Positions 50,318 through 59,717 of a stretch of 64,000 nucleotides of DNA are shown here, piece by piece. The stretch spans positions 77,115 to 141,114 of the forward strand of contig JAFGFJ010000006.1 of NCBI GenBank assembly GCA_016931155.1, written 5' to 3'. Made by a program: the position numbers and the translations under genes. Numbering within the stretch: the first letter of the stretch is position 1; each line of letters starts with the position of its first letter. The DNA is from Candidatus Dojkabacteria bacterium (GTDB lineage: Bacteria > Patescibacteriota > Dojkabacteria > B142 > JAFGFJ01). The notes beneath the pieces were generated by a model. That model was not told the origin of the DNA. It worked only from the letters and a program-made list of their open reading frames with translations, and did no database searches.

Positions 50318-52444
50318 ATGATAGGTTTTTTTGGGCTAACATTTGAGGGTGTCTTTATAATTCTGGGACTCACAGTAGTTCTTTTTGTCGTTGTGAATTT
50401 AGCCTCACTTTTGAGATTTATTCTGAGGAAAAAGGGTAAGATTGTTAGAACAGAAGGTGTAAAACCCAGCAAAAAAGTAAAGAAACCGATTCTGAGTCAT
50501 TTTAGCAAAGGGGTGATAAAGCTAAAGGGGATTATGCCTAAGCCCATAAAGGTAGTTTTAAAAGGACTTTACAGCATACGTTTAATCTTTTTCGATCTTA
50601 TACTTATCGCATTTTCAATTTTTCTTTTCAACGATTTGTTTGTTCGTGCACCAGGTGTAAATTTCCACAACCCGGATATGAATTCTTATTGGAATGACCA
50701 GAATGCTGCTTTTGTGATTCAGTTTGATAGAGTTTACGATGAAGAGAAAATTATTCCACAGATTTACCCGGAAATAGCTGGAGAGTGGAAACATGAACAT
50801 CTTATGTTCCCGTTTTTAAAAAGGAAACTCGCTTTTTATCCTGAAGAGTCAATTCTGCCTGGTAATAATATTACTATCTATATTGGAGAAATAAAGGGTC
50901 TTTACCAAACCGATCCTACATGGGATAAAGTTATCGATTTAAAATCACCAGGAATACCGGAAATAGTCTCTACTTATCCTGAAAATGAGGGTTGCGATTT
51001 TGGAGTAAATGAAAAAATAGAAATAAAATTGAGCAGCCAGGATGGAAATTTTATGGACTGGGATTTTGATATCGAACCTGCGGCGGATTTTCAGGTAGTA
51101 AGAAACAATTCGGATAGAGTTTTTATTGAGTTTATAAAACCGCTTGCCCAAAGTACTACTTACAAGCTCACTACGAAAAAAACCCCTCAAAGTTACAGTA
51201 TTGAGACAGGAGATGTGCTTATTCAGGAAGAAACAATGGAGGAAGAAGACCTTTCTTTTACAACTATTAAGGCTCCAACAATCTCAAATATTGAACCTGT
51301 TGGAGACGGGGTACTTGTAGATTCAGCGATAAAAATAAAATTTGACTTTGATATGGTTAGAGAGGATGTTGAGTCAAATATTTCAATTGAACCATCTGTT
51401 GAGTATACGATTAGCTGGGAAGATGGAGCAACAATAATACTCAAGCCTGTTCTACCTTTGGAGAAAGAAAAGGATTATACAGTCAAACTCCCCTCAGGTT
51501 TGAAGAATTTAAAAGGGGGAGTAAGTGAAATTGAGGTTGCTCATTCGTTTAGGACGGTTGGGGTTGTAAGGGTAGCCTCTACCTCTCCTTCAGCTAATGC
51601 CACAGGAAGGGACGTGAATGTAAATATCAGTATCACATTTAATCAGCAGGTTGATAAAGCTAGTGCTCAATCGAAGTTTTCAATTACTCCCGCTGTTGGG
51701 GGTGCATTTTCCTGGAATGGAAATACAATGGTATTCAATCCGACAGCTTCATTAGCGTATACTACTCCGTATACGGTAAATATTGCAAAAGGGGTAAAAA
51801 CAGTGCATGGTATTGACAGCAATAGTGATTACTCGTTTAAATTTACGACTAAATCACAAATCTTTGAGCTAAATACAATAATTGTTACACAGCCATACAG
51901 GTATTCCTGTAATCTCACGGCTTCAAGAATAGCATTGAACTATAAGGGTGTAAATGTTTCAGTTGACACACTTTATTCACAAATTGTAAAAGATACAACT
52001 CCATACGATGAGGCAACTAATACCTGGGGAAACCCAAATTCGGGCTACGTTGGAAGTATAACTGGAAATCCAAAAGGTTATGGTGTTTATTGGGGACCTA
52101 TTAGAAATCTCATTAGTAGCTATCGTCCTGCAGAAACTCATACTGGATGGAATAGAACAGCTCTTCTTCAGGAAGTACAGAATAATAATCCTGTAATTAT
52201 TTGGGCACATAATGCTTATGCTGGCTCAGGTGCAGATATCTCCTGGAATCTACCAGGTGGTGGAAGGGTATATGCTGTTAAAGGAATGCATTCCTTTGTT
52301 GTTAGAGGTTATATTGGAGAGCTTGAGAATCCCACAAATATTATTCTTGTCGATCCCGCTGGAAGGGGGAGGTGGGTTATCTCCACTTCGTATTTTGATT
52401 CTCTATGGAATGTTTTTGGGAGGGCGGCAGTTGTTGTTAAGTAA
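50318..52444 (+). CDS. Membrane-anchored extracellular protein with Ig-like (Big) repeats and a C-terminal C39-like (papain-fold) peptidase-like domain
   Basis: N-terminal TM segment. Repeated beta-rich modules. The C-terminal YRYSCNLTASRIALNY...GMHSFVVRGY has Cys and His positions resembling Peptidase_C39_2. Confidence 0.45.
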   Translation: MIGFFGLTFEGVFIILGLTVVLFVVVNLASLLRFILRKKGKIVRTEGVKPSKKVKKPILSHFSKGVIKLKGIMPKPIKVVLKGLYSIRLIFFDLILIAFSIFLFNDLFVRAPGVNFHNPDMNSYWNDQNAAFVIQFDRVYDEEKIIPQIYPEIAGEWKHEHLMFPFLKRKLAFYPEESILPGNNITIYIGEIKGLYQTDPTWDKVIDLKSPGIPEIVSTYPENEGCDFGVNEKIEIKLSSQDGNFMDWDFDIEPAADFQVVRNNSDRVFIEFIKPLAQSTTYKLTTKKTPQSYSIETGDVLIQEETMEEEDLSFTTIKAPTISNIEPVGDGVLVDSAIKIKFDFDMVREDVESNISIEPSVEYTISWEDGATIILKPVLPLEKEKDYTVKLPSGLKNLKGGVSEIEVAHSFRTVGVVRVASTSPSANATGRDVNVNISITFNQQVDKASAQSKFSITPAVGGAFSWNGNTMVFNPTASLAYTTPYTVNIAKGVKTVHGIDSNSDYSFKFTTKSQIFELNTIIVTQPYRYSCNLTASRIALNYKGVNVSVDTLYSQIVKDTTPYDEATNTWGNPNSGYVGSITGNPKGYGVYWGPIRNLISSYRPAETHTGWNRTALLQEVQNNNPVIIWAHNAYAGSGADISWNLPGGGRVYAVKGMHSFVVRGYIGELENPTNIILVDPAGRGRWVISTSYFDSLWNVFGRAAVVVK

Positions 52445-52476
52445 GTAATACCTATTATATGTAGATCTGGGGTGTG

Positions 52477-55416
52477 CTATTTACTTATTGCTGCCTGATA
52501 CCTGTTATGAGCTTCAAATGAGGTGAGATATAAAATGGGGCCAGCGTCATCTGCATATTTATATTTTCCTGATTCTTCTAGCAGACTGATCATAACAGGT
52601 TTATCAATTGTTCTGAACCAGTGCGGATGGCTCATATATGTGAGAACTTGCGGATCTGTCAAATAACCTTTTCCGGTTTGCATGTTCAAGTTAAGTCGTC
52701 TTATCAGCTCACTGGCAGTTCTATTTGTTGAATCTGCTCCATTGTTTGGGTATTCCCATATATTTATAAGAGGTTGCGGATAAGGTGCATTCTGATTTGA
52801 AAAAGAAGGCTTATATGGCTTTGTTGTCGGGGTGAGATCCCAATTTCTTAACTGTGCGTTTGGTCCATAAGGTTCTTTGAAATCATTTCCACTTGAGTCA
52901 TAGATAAAACCTGCAGCACTTAAGGCTCTTAAATTATCCAGATCAAGAAACCAGCCTCCAGCACGATAACCTTTTGGCTCAGGAAGTCCTTTTTGTTTGA
53001 AAATGTCTTTTGCCCATCTCAGTAACTGGAGGAACTCATCATAATTATAGGCCGAAGTAAGTACGTCATGACCTTCTTCTCTGCCTCCCCAACGTGGTTC
53101 TGTTTTTGGAGTAAGGCCTGCTGTACTAACCATATCATAGTGCATATGGAGGTGAAGACCGATCTCGTCTCCTGCCTTTTCCCTATCCTTTACCCAATTT
53201 GTCATTTGATTAGCATGTGCGACTGAAATCCCAGAATTTGTGTATATTCTCGGATTGAAAAAATGAGTCATGGGTATTTTGTATTTATCTGAGATTGCGG
53301 TCATATCGTTCCAGTATTCCTCTTTTAGTCCGTAACCTTCCCAGTCTATTGTCCATGTCATAAAAAGAGGTGCAGAGTAGCGAATTCCAGTAAGATTTGA
53401 TTTTATTTCGGTTATTTTATCGGAAGGTGTTCCAACCAGGAATTTTGTAGCTTCAGTCTGGAAATTATATGCGTCAGGGCTGGAGATGTTGATTCTTATC
53501 ATTATGTAATAATCGCCGTAGGCCAATCCTTTAAGAGGGATCTGAGTGCTCGACATTCTTTCAGGATTCCAGACAATCAACTCCTTCAATATGGCATCAT
53601 TCTCATTGCTATAGGGCAGCGGATAAATTTCATAACTAACAGAGTCAGACTCATTTATGATTTCTGGAAGAGTAAAATTTACAGTCACATTCTCACCATC
53701 GATATGCCAGAACCGGTCAATTTTCATCTCGAACGGAATATGATTAACTTCAGAAATCTGAAAAGCCAGCCTGGAGAAAGGTCTCTGTGGATAGCTTGAT
53801 TCAAAGTCGAATGACTCATCAAGAAGATCACCGAAGAAGAGTGAATATCCTCCATTCATATAATTCAAGTCTGCCTCCTCGAAAAGCCTAAAAGAGAGTT
53901 TTGTGTTATCTGCGTTTAGATTTTGAACGGAAAACTCTATAGGAAAATATTTTTCTCCATTCCAGTAAAGCAAGAATAAATCAGCTCCATCAGTTCTGCT
54001 CATTTTCTGATCTACGAAAAGATTGTGATCCATTTCAATTTCAATCCAATTATCCTTTTTTACTATGGTAGGGAAGTTATTACTGTTATCTGCTTTGTGA
54101 AAACTTATATCTATTTTGTACGGGTATTGTTCTGAATACCAATAATTTGGCATAGGCTTTTCAACAGCAGGAAGAAGTATTGTGGCAACTTCATCCGAAC
54201 CTTTGGTAAACGGTTCTTCACTTTTTTTCAAGTTCAAAAAACTTATTCCAAGTATAAGACTTACCGCAACAATAAAAATTAGAACAGAAGTATTACGTAT
54301 AGTTCCTGCTGGAAGCGATTTCAGGAGTTTTGTAAAATTAATACTTATAATTACAGCGAGTACTGTACTCAGGATATATTCTACAAAAATTACAAACACA
54401 CTTGAGGTCTTTGGAATATTAAAAAATGCCAGGATGAATAGAAGGAAGGTATGTATAACCCAGATTCCGAAACCGTTTGAAGAAATTTTACTGAAAACAG
54501 GTACGCTAAGATAAAGATTGGTTATCGGTTTTGCAAAAATTGATATTTTTTGTACAAAGATCAGAACCATCCCTACCCAGGTAATTCCTATTGTCAAAAA
54601 AGAAAGACTAGGTGGCCATCGTTGAAAAAGAATATCTCCACCTCCAACAAAAAACGAGACAATTACAATAACTAGCATTATGATCATAAAAAATGCTTGT
54701 CTCATAAGCTCCATTTTATCTTCTTTTCTGTCGGAAATAATAAGCCCCCAGTACATCCCAAATAGATAAACAAGGCTATACTGGAAAACTGGGAATCTGT
54801 ATATACCTGAATCTGTGCTCCCATAAAAAAGGCTCCCCAGAGCATTGAGGTTTGGGGGAAGTTTCAGGGTATTTACGAGTATTTCTCCGATGATGAATAA
54901 TAGGAAGGCAACAACCAACAAAATCAGCGGATTTTTAACAATATTTCTTATCTGTTTCGGGAAGAGGAGTAGAAATAAAGTAAAAAGAATAAATGGTAAA
55001 ATAAATTCTGTGTACCCTGGGACTTCAATCAGGAGTAGTATTTTTGTAATGATTCTTAGACCTGCTTCTGCTCCCTGTGTATCTATGAAATTATTTATTT
55101 TGTCAAAAGAGGCTGTGAAAGCAAGAAAGTAATATCCAATAAACAGGACAGCCATTCTCCTGACAAGTTTTCCTTTATCTATTTCTTCTGAATTAAGCTT
55201 ATGAAGATAAACCAGATAAACAACTGCTCCTGAAATAAATAGAAAAGTTGTGAAAGAAACAGTATTTATCCAGTTCTTGGTAAAAAGAAGAAGATCACTA
55301 TTACCTGAATAGAAAAATGAAACAATGTGAGCAAAAAACATAAGGAAAATTGCAAAAAGCCTTGCAATATCCAGGGCATGATTACGTTCTGGTTTTTCGT
55401 CACTTCTGAAACGCAT
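52477..55416 (-). CDS. Large fusion protein: N-terminal acyltransferase-3 (OafA-like) polytopic domain plus a C-terminal extracytoplasmic carbohydrate-esterase/deacetylase-like domain
   Basis: N-terminus RNHALDIARLFAIFLMFFAHI...FTTFLFISGAVVYL matches the acyltransferase_3 topology, with about 10 TM segments. The C-terminal region has HLHMH and other NodB-like motifs, a weak match. Confidence 0.45.
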   Translation of the reverse strand: MRFRSDEKPERNHALDIARLFAIFLMFFAHIVSFFYSGNSDLLLFTKNWINTVSFTTFLFISGAVVYLVYLHKLNSEEIDKGKLVRRMAVLFIGYYFLAFTASFDKINNFIDTQGAEAGLRIITKILLLIEVPGYTEFILPFILFTLFLLLFPKQIRNIVKNPLILLVVAFLLFIIGEILVNTLKLPPNLNALGSLFYGSTDSGIYRFPVFQYSLVYLFGMYWGLIISDRKEDKMELMRQAFFMIIMLVIVIVSFFVGGGDILFQRWPPSLSFLTIGITWVGMVLIFVQKISIFAKPITNLYLSVPVFSKISSNGFGIWVIHTFLLFILAFFNIPKTSSVFVIFVEYILSTVLAVIISINFTKLLKSLPAGTIRNTSVLIFIVAVSLILGISFLNLKKSEEPFTKGSDEVATILLPAVEKPMPNYWYSEQYPYKIDISFHKADNSNNFPTIVKKDNWIEIEMDHNLFVDQKMSRTDGADLFLLYWNGEKYFPIEFSVQNLNADNTKLSFRLFEEADLNYMNGGYSLFFGDLLDESFDFESSYPQRPFSRLAFQISEVNHIPFEMKIDRFWHIDGENVTVNFTLPEIINESDSVSYEIYPLPYSNENDAILKELIVWNPERMSSTQIPLKGLAYGDYYIMIRINISSPDAYNFQTEATKFLVGTPSDKITEIKSNLTGIRYSAPLFMTWTIDWEGYGLKEEYWNDMTAISDKYKIPMTHFFNPRIYTNSGISVAHANQMTNWVKDREKAGDEIGLHLHMHYDMVSTAGLTPKTEPRWGGREEGHDVLTSAYNYDEFLQLLRWAKDIFKQKGLPEPKGYRAGGWFLDLDNLRALSAAGFIYDSSGNDFKEPYGPNAQLRNWDLTPTTKPYKPSFSNQNAPYPQPLINIWEYPNNGADSTNRTASELIRRLNLNMQTGKGYLTDPQVLTYMSHPHWFRTIDKPVMISLLEESGKYKYADDAGPILYLTSFEAHNRYQAAISK

Positions 55417-55468
55417 AATTGATTATAGCGGAATAAGCAACAAGACGTATATTGACTTTATTTCTTCC

Positions 55469-55729
55469 CTATTTTTTTACAGCAGCAAGTATTGCCAGAA
55501 AAATTACTGCTCCAAGCACTGATATCAATAGGCTGACAAGATTAAAGTCAGTGAAAGCAGTGAGGATAATTTTGCCTTCTGTGAAGAATGTTACAACAAG
55601 TCCTCCAATGAGGGATCCTATCATTCCTATAAGTATATTTGTGATACAGCCCGTCTGACCTTTTCCAGTAAGGGTATTTGCAATCCAGCCCACAATGGCA
55701 CCGAGAAAAATCCAAGTGAGAAGTTCCAT
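55469..55729 (-). CDS. GlsB/YeaQ/YmgE-family (transglycosylase-associated) small membrane protein
   Basis: MELLTWIFLGAIVGWIANTLTG...GMIGSLIGGLV is a family consensus. Confidence 0.8.
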   Translation of the reverse strand: MELLTWIFLGAIVGWIANTLTGKGQTGCITNILIGMIGSLIGGLVVTFFTEGKIILTAFTDFNLVSLLISVLGAVIFLAILAAVKK

Positions 55730-55796
55730 GGAATTGAGATAAAAAATTATTCTAAATTGTAAAGCCAGGTCATGTAAATCTCAAGGGTAGTCAAGA

Positions 55797-56603
55797 TTAA
55801 GCAGCAGGTTTTTGTTGAATTGCAGGGTATCTTCCACAATTGAATACCTCTGATTCTGGGAATATTCTTCTGATTTGATCTAATATCCAATACACTTTAT
55901 TACTTACTTCCTCAGGGTACGGATTGAAGTAAAGTAAATCAATAACCTTGGTAACCCTTATATTGAGATTGTTTAAGCCAGAAAATTCAAGAGGGCAGTT
56001 TTCCTCCAGATATATGTATTGCATGAAAAGAGCTACCAATTCTGAAGGGCAATAATCTTCCTCTGACTGACTATCTGGTTTCTCAAACTTCATATGTTGT
56101 TTATTTGAACAGTGCTTATTATCATAAACAAAATCAATTCCACATTCTTTACAAACAATGTGAGTGGCTTCTTCGACTCCTATTAGTATTGGTATTACTT
56201 CCGGATCTTTTGCAGTATGTTTATAATTCCCATAGATCCCCGGCAGGTAATACGTTGATGATTCTTCTGTCTGATTCCCCACAAGTTTTAGTCCTCTTAA
56301 GTGACTAGACTGGTTTGGAATTTGAATAAAATAATGCGTATTGCCCAATCTATCTTCATAAGTTCCAGCCCTAACTAGAGGAAAGTCTTGTATGCCTCTG
56401 CACCCTAAATTGTTTACCAATTGCATTTTCATGCCGGGACTGCAAAGAGTATCTAATACTTTCAAAGTCCAGATGATGCCTTCGATTATTCCGTTATCGA
56501 TTTCCGGACTGGAGGACTCCACAAAAAGAGAGGTGTCTAGCATTTTGTGACTTAGGCTACCTCTTATACCCTCAATAAGGTTATCATCGCAAAGGTCTTT
56601 CAT
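55797..56603 (-). CDS. Hypothetical Cys-rich cytoplasmic protein (268 aa)
   Basis: CKECGIDF...HCSNKQH and a later C..C..C pattern suggest a metal-binding ribbon. No family recognised. Confidence 0.4.
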   Translation of the reverse strand: MKDLCDDNLIEGIRGSLSHKMLDTSLFVESSSPEIDNGIIEGIIWTLKVLDTLCSPGMKMQLVNNLGCRGIQDFPLVRAGTYEDRLGNTHYFIQIPNQSSHLRGLKLVGNQTEESSTYYLPGIYGNYKHTAKDPEVIPILIGVEEATHIVCKECGIDFVYDNKHCSNKQHMKFEKPDSQSEEDYCPSELVALFMQYIYLEENCPLEFSGLNNLNIRVTKVIDLLYFNPYPEEVSNKVYWILDQIRRIFPESEVFNCGRYPAIQQKPAA

Positions 56604-56805
56604 GACTAAACGAAAAAATTGAATGATTATTGATCAATAATTGTTGAATGTCAAATACCCGATATGTTACTCAGGGAAGTAGCTTCAGTGGGACTTCACT
56701 TTACTGCAATGGATGATGCTCCAAGGGTATCTTTTTTAAAAAGAGTCACTAACTGACAAATTTGGGACGGTATCTTTTAATGAAATAGTTTTGGGAGAAT
56801 CGAAT

Positions 56806-56880
56806 TGGTGACCCTACCGGGAATCGAACCCGGATTGCATGATTGAGAATCATGTGTCCTAACCGTTAGACGATAGGGCC
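56806..56880 (-). tRNA. tRNA-Glu (anticodon CUC), CCA encoded
   Basis: Folded by hand. Acceptor GGCCCUA/UAGGGUC. D-stem GUCU/GGAC. Anticodon stem CAUGA/UCAUG with loop UUCUCAA. T-arm CCGGG-UUCGAUU-CCCGG. Discriminator A followed by CCA. Confidence 0.85.
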
Positions 56881-57005
56881 GTTAAAATTGCAATAAATCA
56901 ACTTCCAAAGGATTTTATCACACTGAAACGAAAAAATAGAGTAACTGTTTACCCGATTTACCGAGAATTTTGTGACAAAGAAGAAAAGGGTGTATACAAA
57001 TCAGA

Positions 57006-58112
57006 CTATTTATCCATTTTTATATTTATATCTCCAGCTGTCATTTCTACATTTATTTCGAGTGTTTTACTCATTCTGTCGTAATTTCTTGTCTCATAAG
57101 TTCCTTTCCTGTTTACACCATCAAATGTTTCTCCATCGATTTCCAGACTGCCTGCAGTAATTTTATACATTACCTTAATTCCGATATCTTCAGGAAAATA
57201 GAGGTTCAAATCACCTGCTGTAAGTTCAATAGACATAATTTCCGGGACTGATTGTCTGCCTAAATCAATGTCTAAATCTCCTGCGGTCATTTCTATTTGA
57301 AAATTATTAATACGTAAAGAATCAAAATCTATGTCTCCGACTCCTGCGGTCATATTAAATTTAAGATCTGTCAGAACTTCAGGATTTCCCAGAATGAAAT
57401 CATATTTTCTTTTGGATGAGTTTCTAAAAGGAAATGACCAGAATATCTCATCCTCAGTATCAAATCCGATCTCCAATGTATCATCTCTTTTTTCTGTCTT
57501 AACAACTGGTTTCCCATGTCCCTCAGAGTATTCTGCGTCTACTCTAAAGTAATTATTCGTATCGTCTTCGGTCAAAGTAAACTCTCCTGCAGTTACATCT
57601 ATCGATACCTCTCTTTTTTCGATATCCTCATAATCATCTCTTTTTATGGTTATTGTCTCTTGCACTTCCAGGGGTACTTTGATGTTGACTGATTGTTCAA
57701 GATCAACATTTAAATTATTCCTGAACCAATCTCTAAAGGAATTATTGTTTATCGATATTACAATTGTAATGATTAGAGAAAGAATTAAAAAAGTCAGACA
57801 GCCCAATACCAGATTTAAAATCCTGGATCTTCCTATAATGAGCTGAATTCCTGCAAATATAATAAAGAGAGGCCAAAACTTCCACAGTGAACCCCATCCC
57901 CACCAGGGAACGACACCGAAGTTACTTAGAAGGAAAAGAGTTCCGATAAATATCAAAAAGAAAGCCCACAAAACACCCCCTGTACTTCTGTTTTCTTTTT
58001 GTTCTTTAGAAGTATTTTCCTCCCCTTCAATCTTTTCTCCCGCAAAATCACTCTTAGACTGAAAGTTTTCTTCTTTGGTTTTCAAGGGTTTTATCTTTTT
58101 ATTTTTTGACAT
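57006..58112 (-). CDS. LiaF-like membrane protein with a C-terminal DUF4097 beta-helical putative-adhesin domain
   Basis: N-terminal TM cluster. Repeated xTAGDLxI motifs (EMTAGDLDIDLG, IELTAGDLNLYF, YKITAGSLEID, VEMTAGDINIKMDK). Confidence 0.7.
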   Translation of the reverse strand: MSKNKKIKPLKTKEENFQSKSDFAGEKIEGEENTSKEQKENRSTGGVLWAFFLIFIGTLFLLSNFGVVPWWGWGSLWKFWPLFIIFAGIQLIIGRSRILNLVLGCLTFLILSLIITIVISINNNSFRDWFRNNLNVDLEQSVNIKVPLEVQETITIKRDDYEDIEKREVSIDVTAGEFTLTEDDTNNYFRVDAEYSEGHGKPVVKTEKRDDTLEIGFDTEDEIFWSFPFRNSSKRKYDFILGNPEVLTDLKFNMTAGVGDIDFDSLRINNFQIEMTAGDLDIDLGRQSVPEIMSIELTAGDLNLYFPEDIGIKVMYKITAGSLEIDGETFDGVNRKGTYETRNYDRMSKTLEINVEMTAGDINIKMDK

Positions 58113-58584
58113 TTCTGAAAAGGATTAAAATACCAAAAGCAATTATTATAAGAGGCCATATTTTATCAAATCTGAGTATTTTTATATTGAAAAGACTGTC
58201 AAACAAGAAGATAAATCCTACAACAATAATGATCATTCCCCAAATAAGCCGGGAATCATTTGATCTGCTTCCTTTGATTATTTCTTTAGCTTTCTGCTCA
58301 ACTTCTTTGATGTTGTTCTGAAGAGTCTTTTGTCCTGTTTCCTGTACGTTTTCTTCTGATGGAATTATTATCCAAAGTATAATATAGATTAAAATTCCTG
58401 ACCCACCAAACAATGTCACTAAGATAAAGACAATTCGGACAATAGAGGGGTCTATTCCGAAGTATTCTCCAAGTCCACCAGAGACTCCACCTATAATTTT
58501 ATTTACTTCTGATCTGCAAAGCGCACCGGGTGAGGTAGACTGCCCTTGTTTTGAAGTTTTCTCTGTTTTATTTTTCATAATCAA
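58099..58584 (-). CDS. PspC-domain membrane protein
   Basis: IIGGVSGGLGEYFGIDPSIVRIVFILVTLFGGSGILIYIILWIIIP matches the PspC domain. 14-nt overlap with the LiaF-like gene. Confidence 0.8.
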   Translation of the reverse strand: MIMKNKTEKTSKQGQSTSPGALCRSEVNKIIGGVSGGLGEYFGIDPSIVRIVFILVTLFGGSGILIYIILWIIIPSEENVQETGQKTLQNNIKEVEQKAKEIIKGSRSNDSRLIWGMIIIVVGFIFLFDSLFNIKILRFDKIWPLIIIAFGILILFRNVKK

Positions 58585-58725
58585 ATCATGACGAAATTAC
58601 AGAAGTCTAACTCTAAATTTGATAAAAATCAACAAATCCAATTGCGGTTCTCGCCTGTTTCAGTATCATCATAGAATTGGAAAAGACTCAAATGACAATA
58701 GCCAGCTGAGCATTGTATGTATTTT

Positions 58726-59348
58726 TTAACCGAGATTTTCAGAAACTTTTTCCCAGTTTATGATATTCCAGAAGGCTGAAATATAATCCGTTCTTCTATT
58801 TTGATACTTAAGATAGTAAGCATGCTCCCATACATCAATTACCAATAAAGGTCTGCCACTGATCTCGGCGATATCCATTAAAGGATTATCCTGGTTTGGG
58901 GTGGAAGTTATGACAAGGTCGGATTTACACTTAATAAGCCATGCCCAGCCTGAGCCTAACCTTCCAGCCGCTGTATTTGTGAACTCCTCTTTAAATTTTT
59001 CGATTGATCCGAAAGCCTTTTCTAATTCTCCTTTTATCTTTCCTGCAGGTTCTCCTCCATTCGGTGATAATATCTCCCAAAAAAAGTGTGGTTCCAGTGT
59101 CCGCCACCATTATTCCTTACTGCCAAACCTATGTCTTGGGGAAGACCGTTAATATTTGCAATTAATTCCTCTAAGGTTTTGTCTTTAAGCTCAGGACTTG
59201 AATCAATAGCTATATTTAATTTATCTATGTAGGTCTGATGATGTTTGCTGTGATGAATCTCCATCGTTTTTGTGTCAATATGTGGTTCCAATGCATCGAA
59301 TGAGAAAGTTAAGTCTGGGAGAGTGAATGACATGAGTGGTTTTGTCAA
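58726..59348 (-). pseudogene. sodA: Fe/Mn superoxide dismutase gene interrupted by a -1 frameshift in a homopolymer. The plus-strand A7 run at 59079-59085 is T7 on the coding strand
   Basis: The first 90 aa ([31 protein letters not shown]...[10 protein letters not shown]) form an SOD N-domain. Adding one T restores [12 protein letters not shown]...FGS..SGWAWL...[32 protein letters not shown], which runs to the TAA at 58726. Translation was done by hand on both sides of the run. Confidence 0.75.
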
Positions 59349-59717
59349 AATTTAGATAGAGAAAGCACTTTATGTTAGCAATTTAGACTGTTTTCAGTCA
59401 ATAAATAAAGAAACAATACTCAGCAGAAATTATTATAATTAATCTTATACCTATGGGCTAAGCCAGTAGATTTTCAGTTGGAAATCTCCTTGTCTGTGGA
59501 AAAAGAGCAAAGTATATGTTTTTATTCAGTCTGAAGATGTGGTAAAGGTTGAAATTTTTGTATAGACTGTGAGCCATATATGATGATCATGATTTCTAGA
59601 GGTAGGACTTTGATATTGTCTTTATTGAGGTGCAAGACATCTTTGAGGTCTGCAATTGACAGGAATTTGTAATTCTATTTGAATTATACAACAAAACAAC
59701 AGTTTACGACTTGAATT

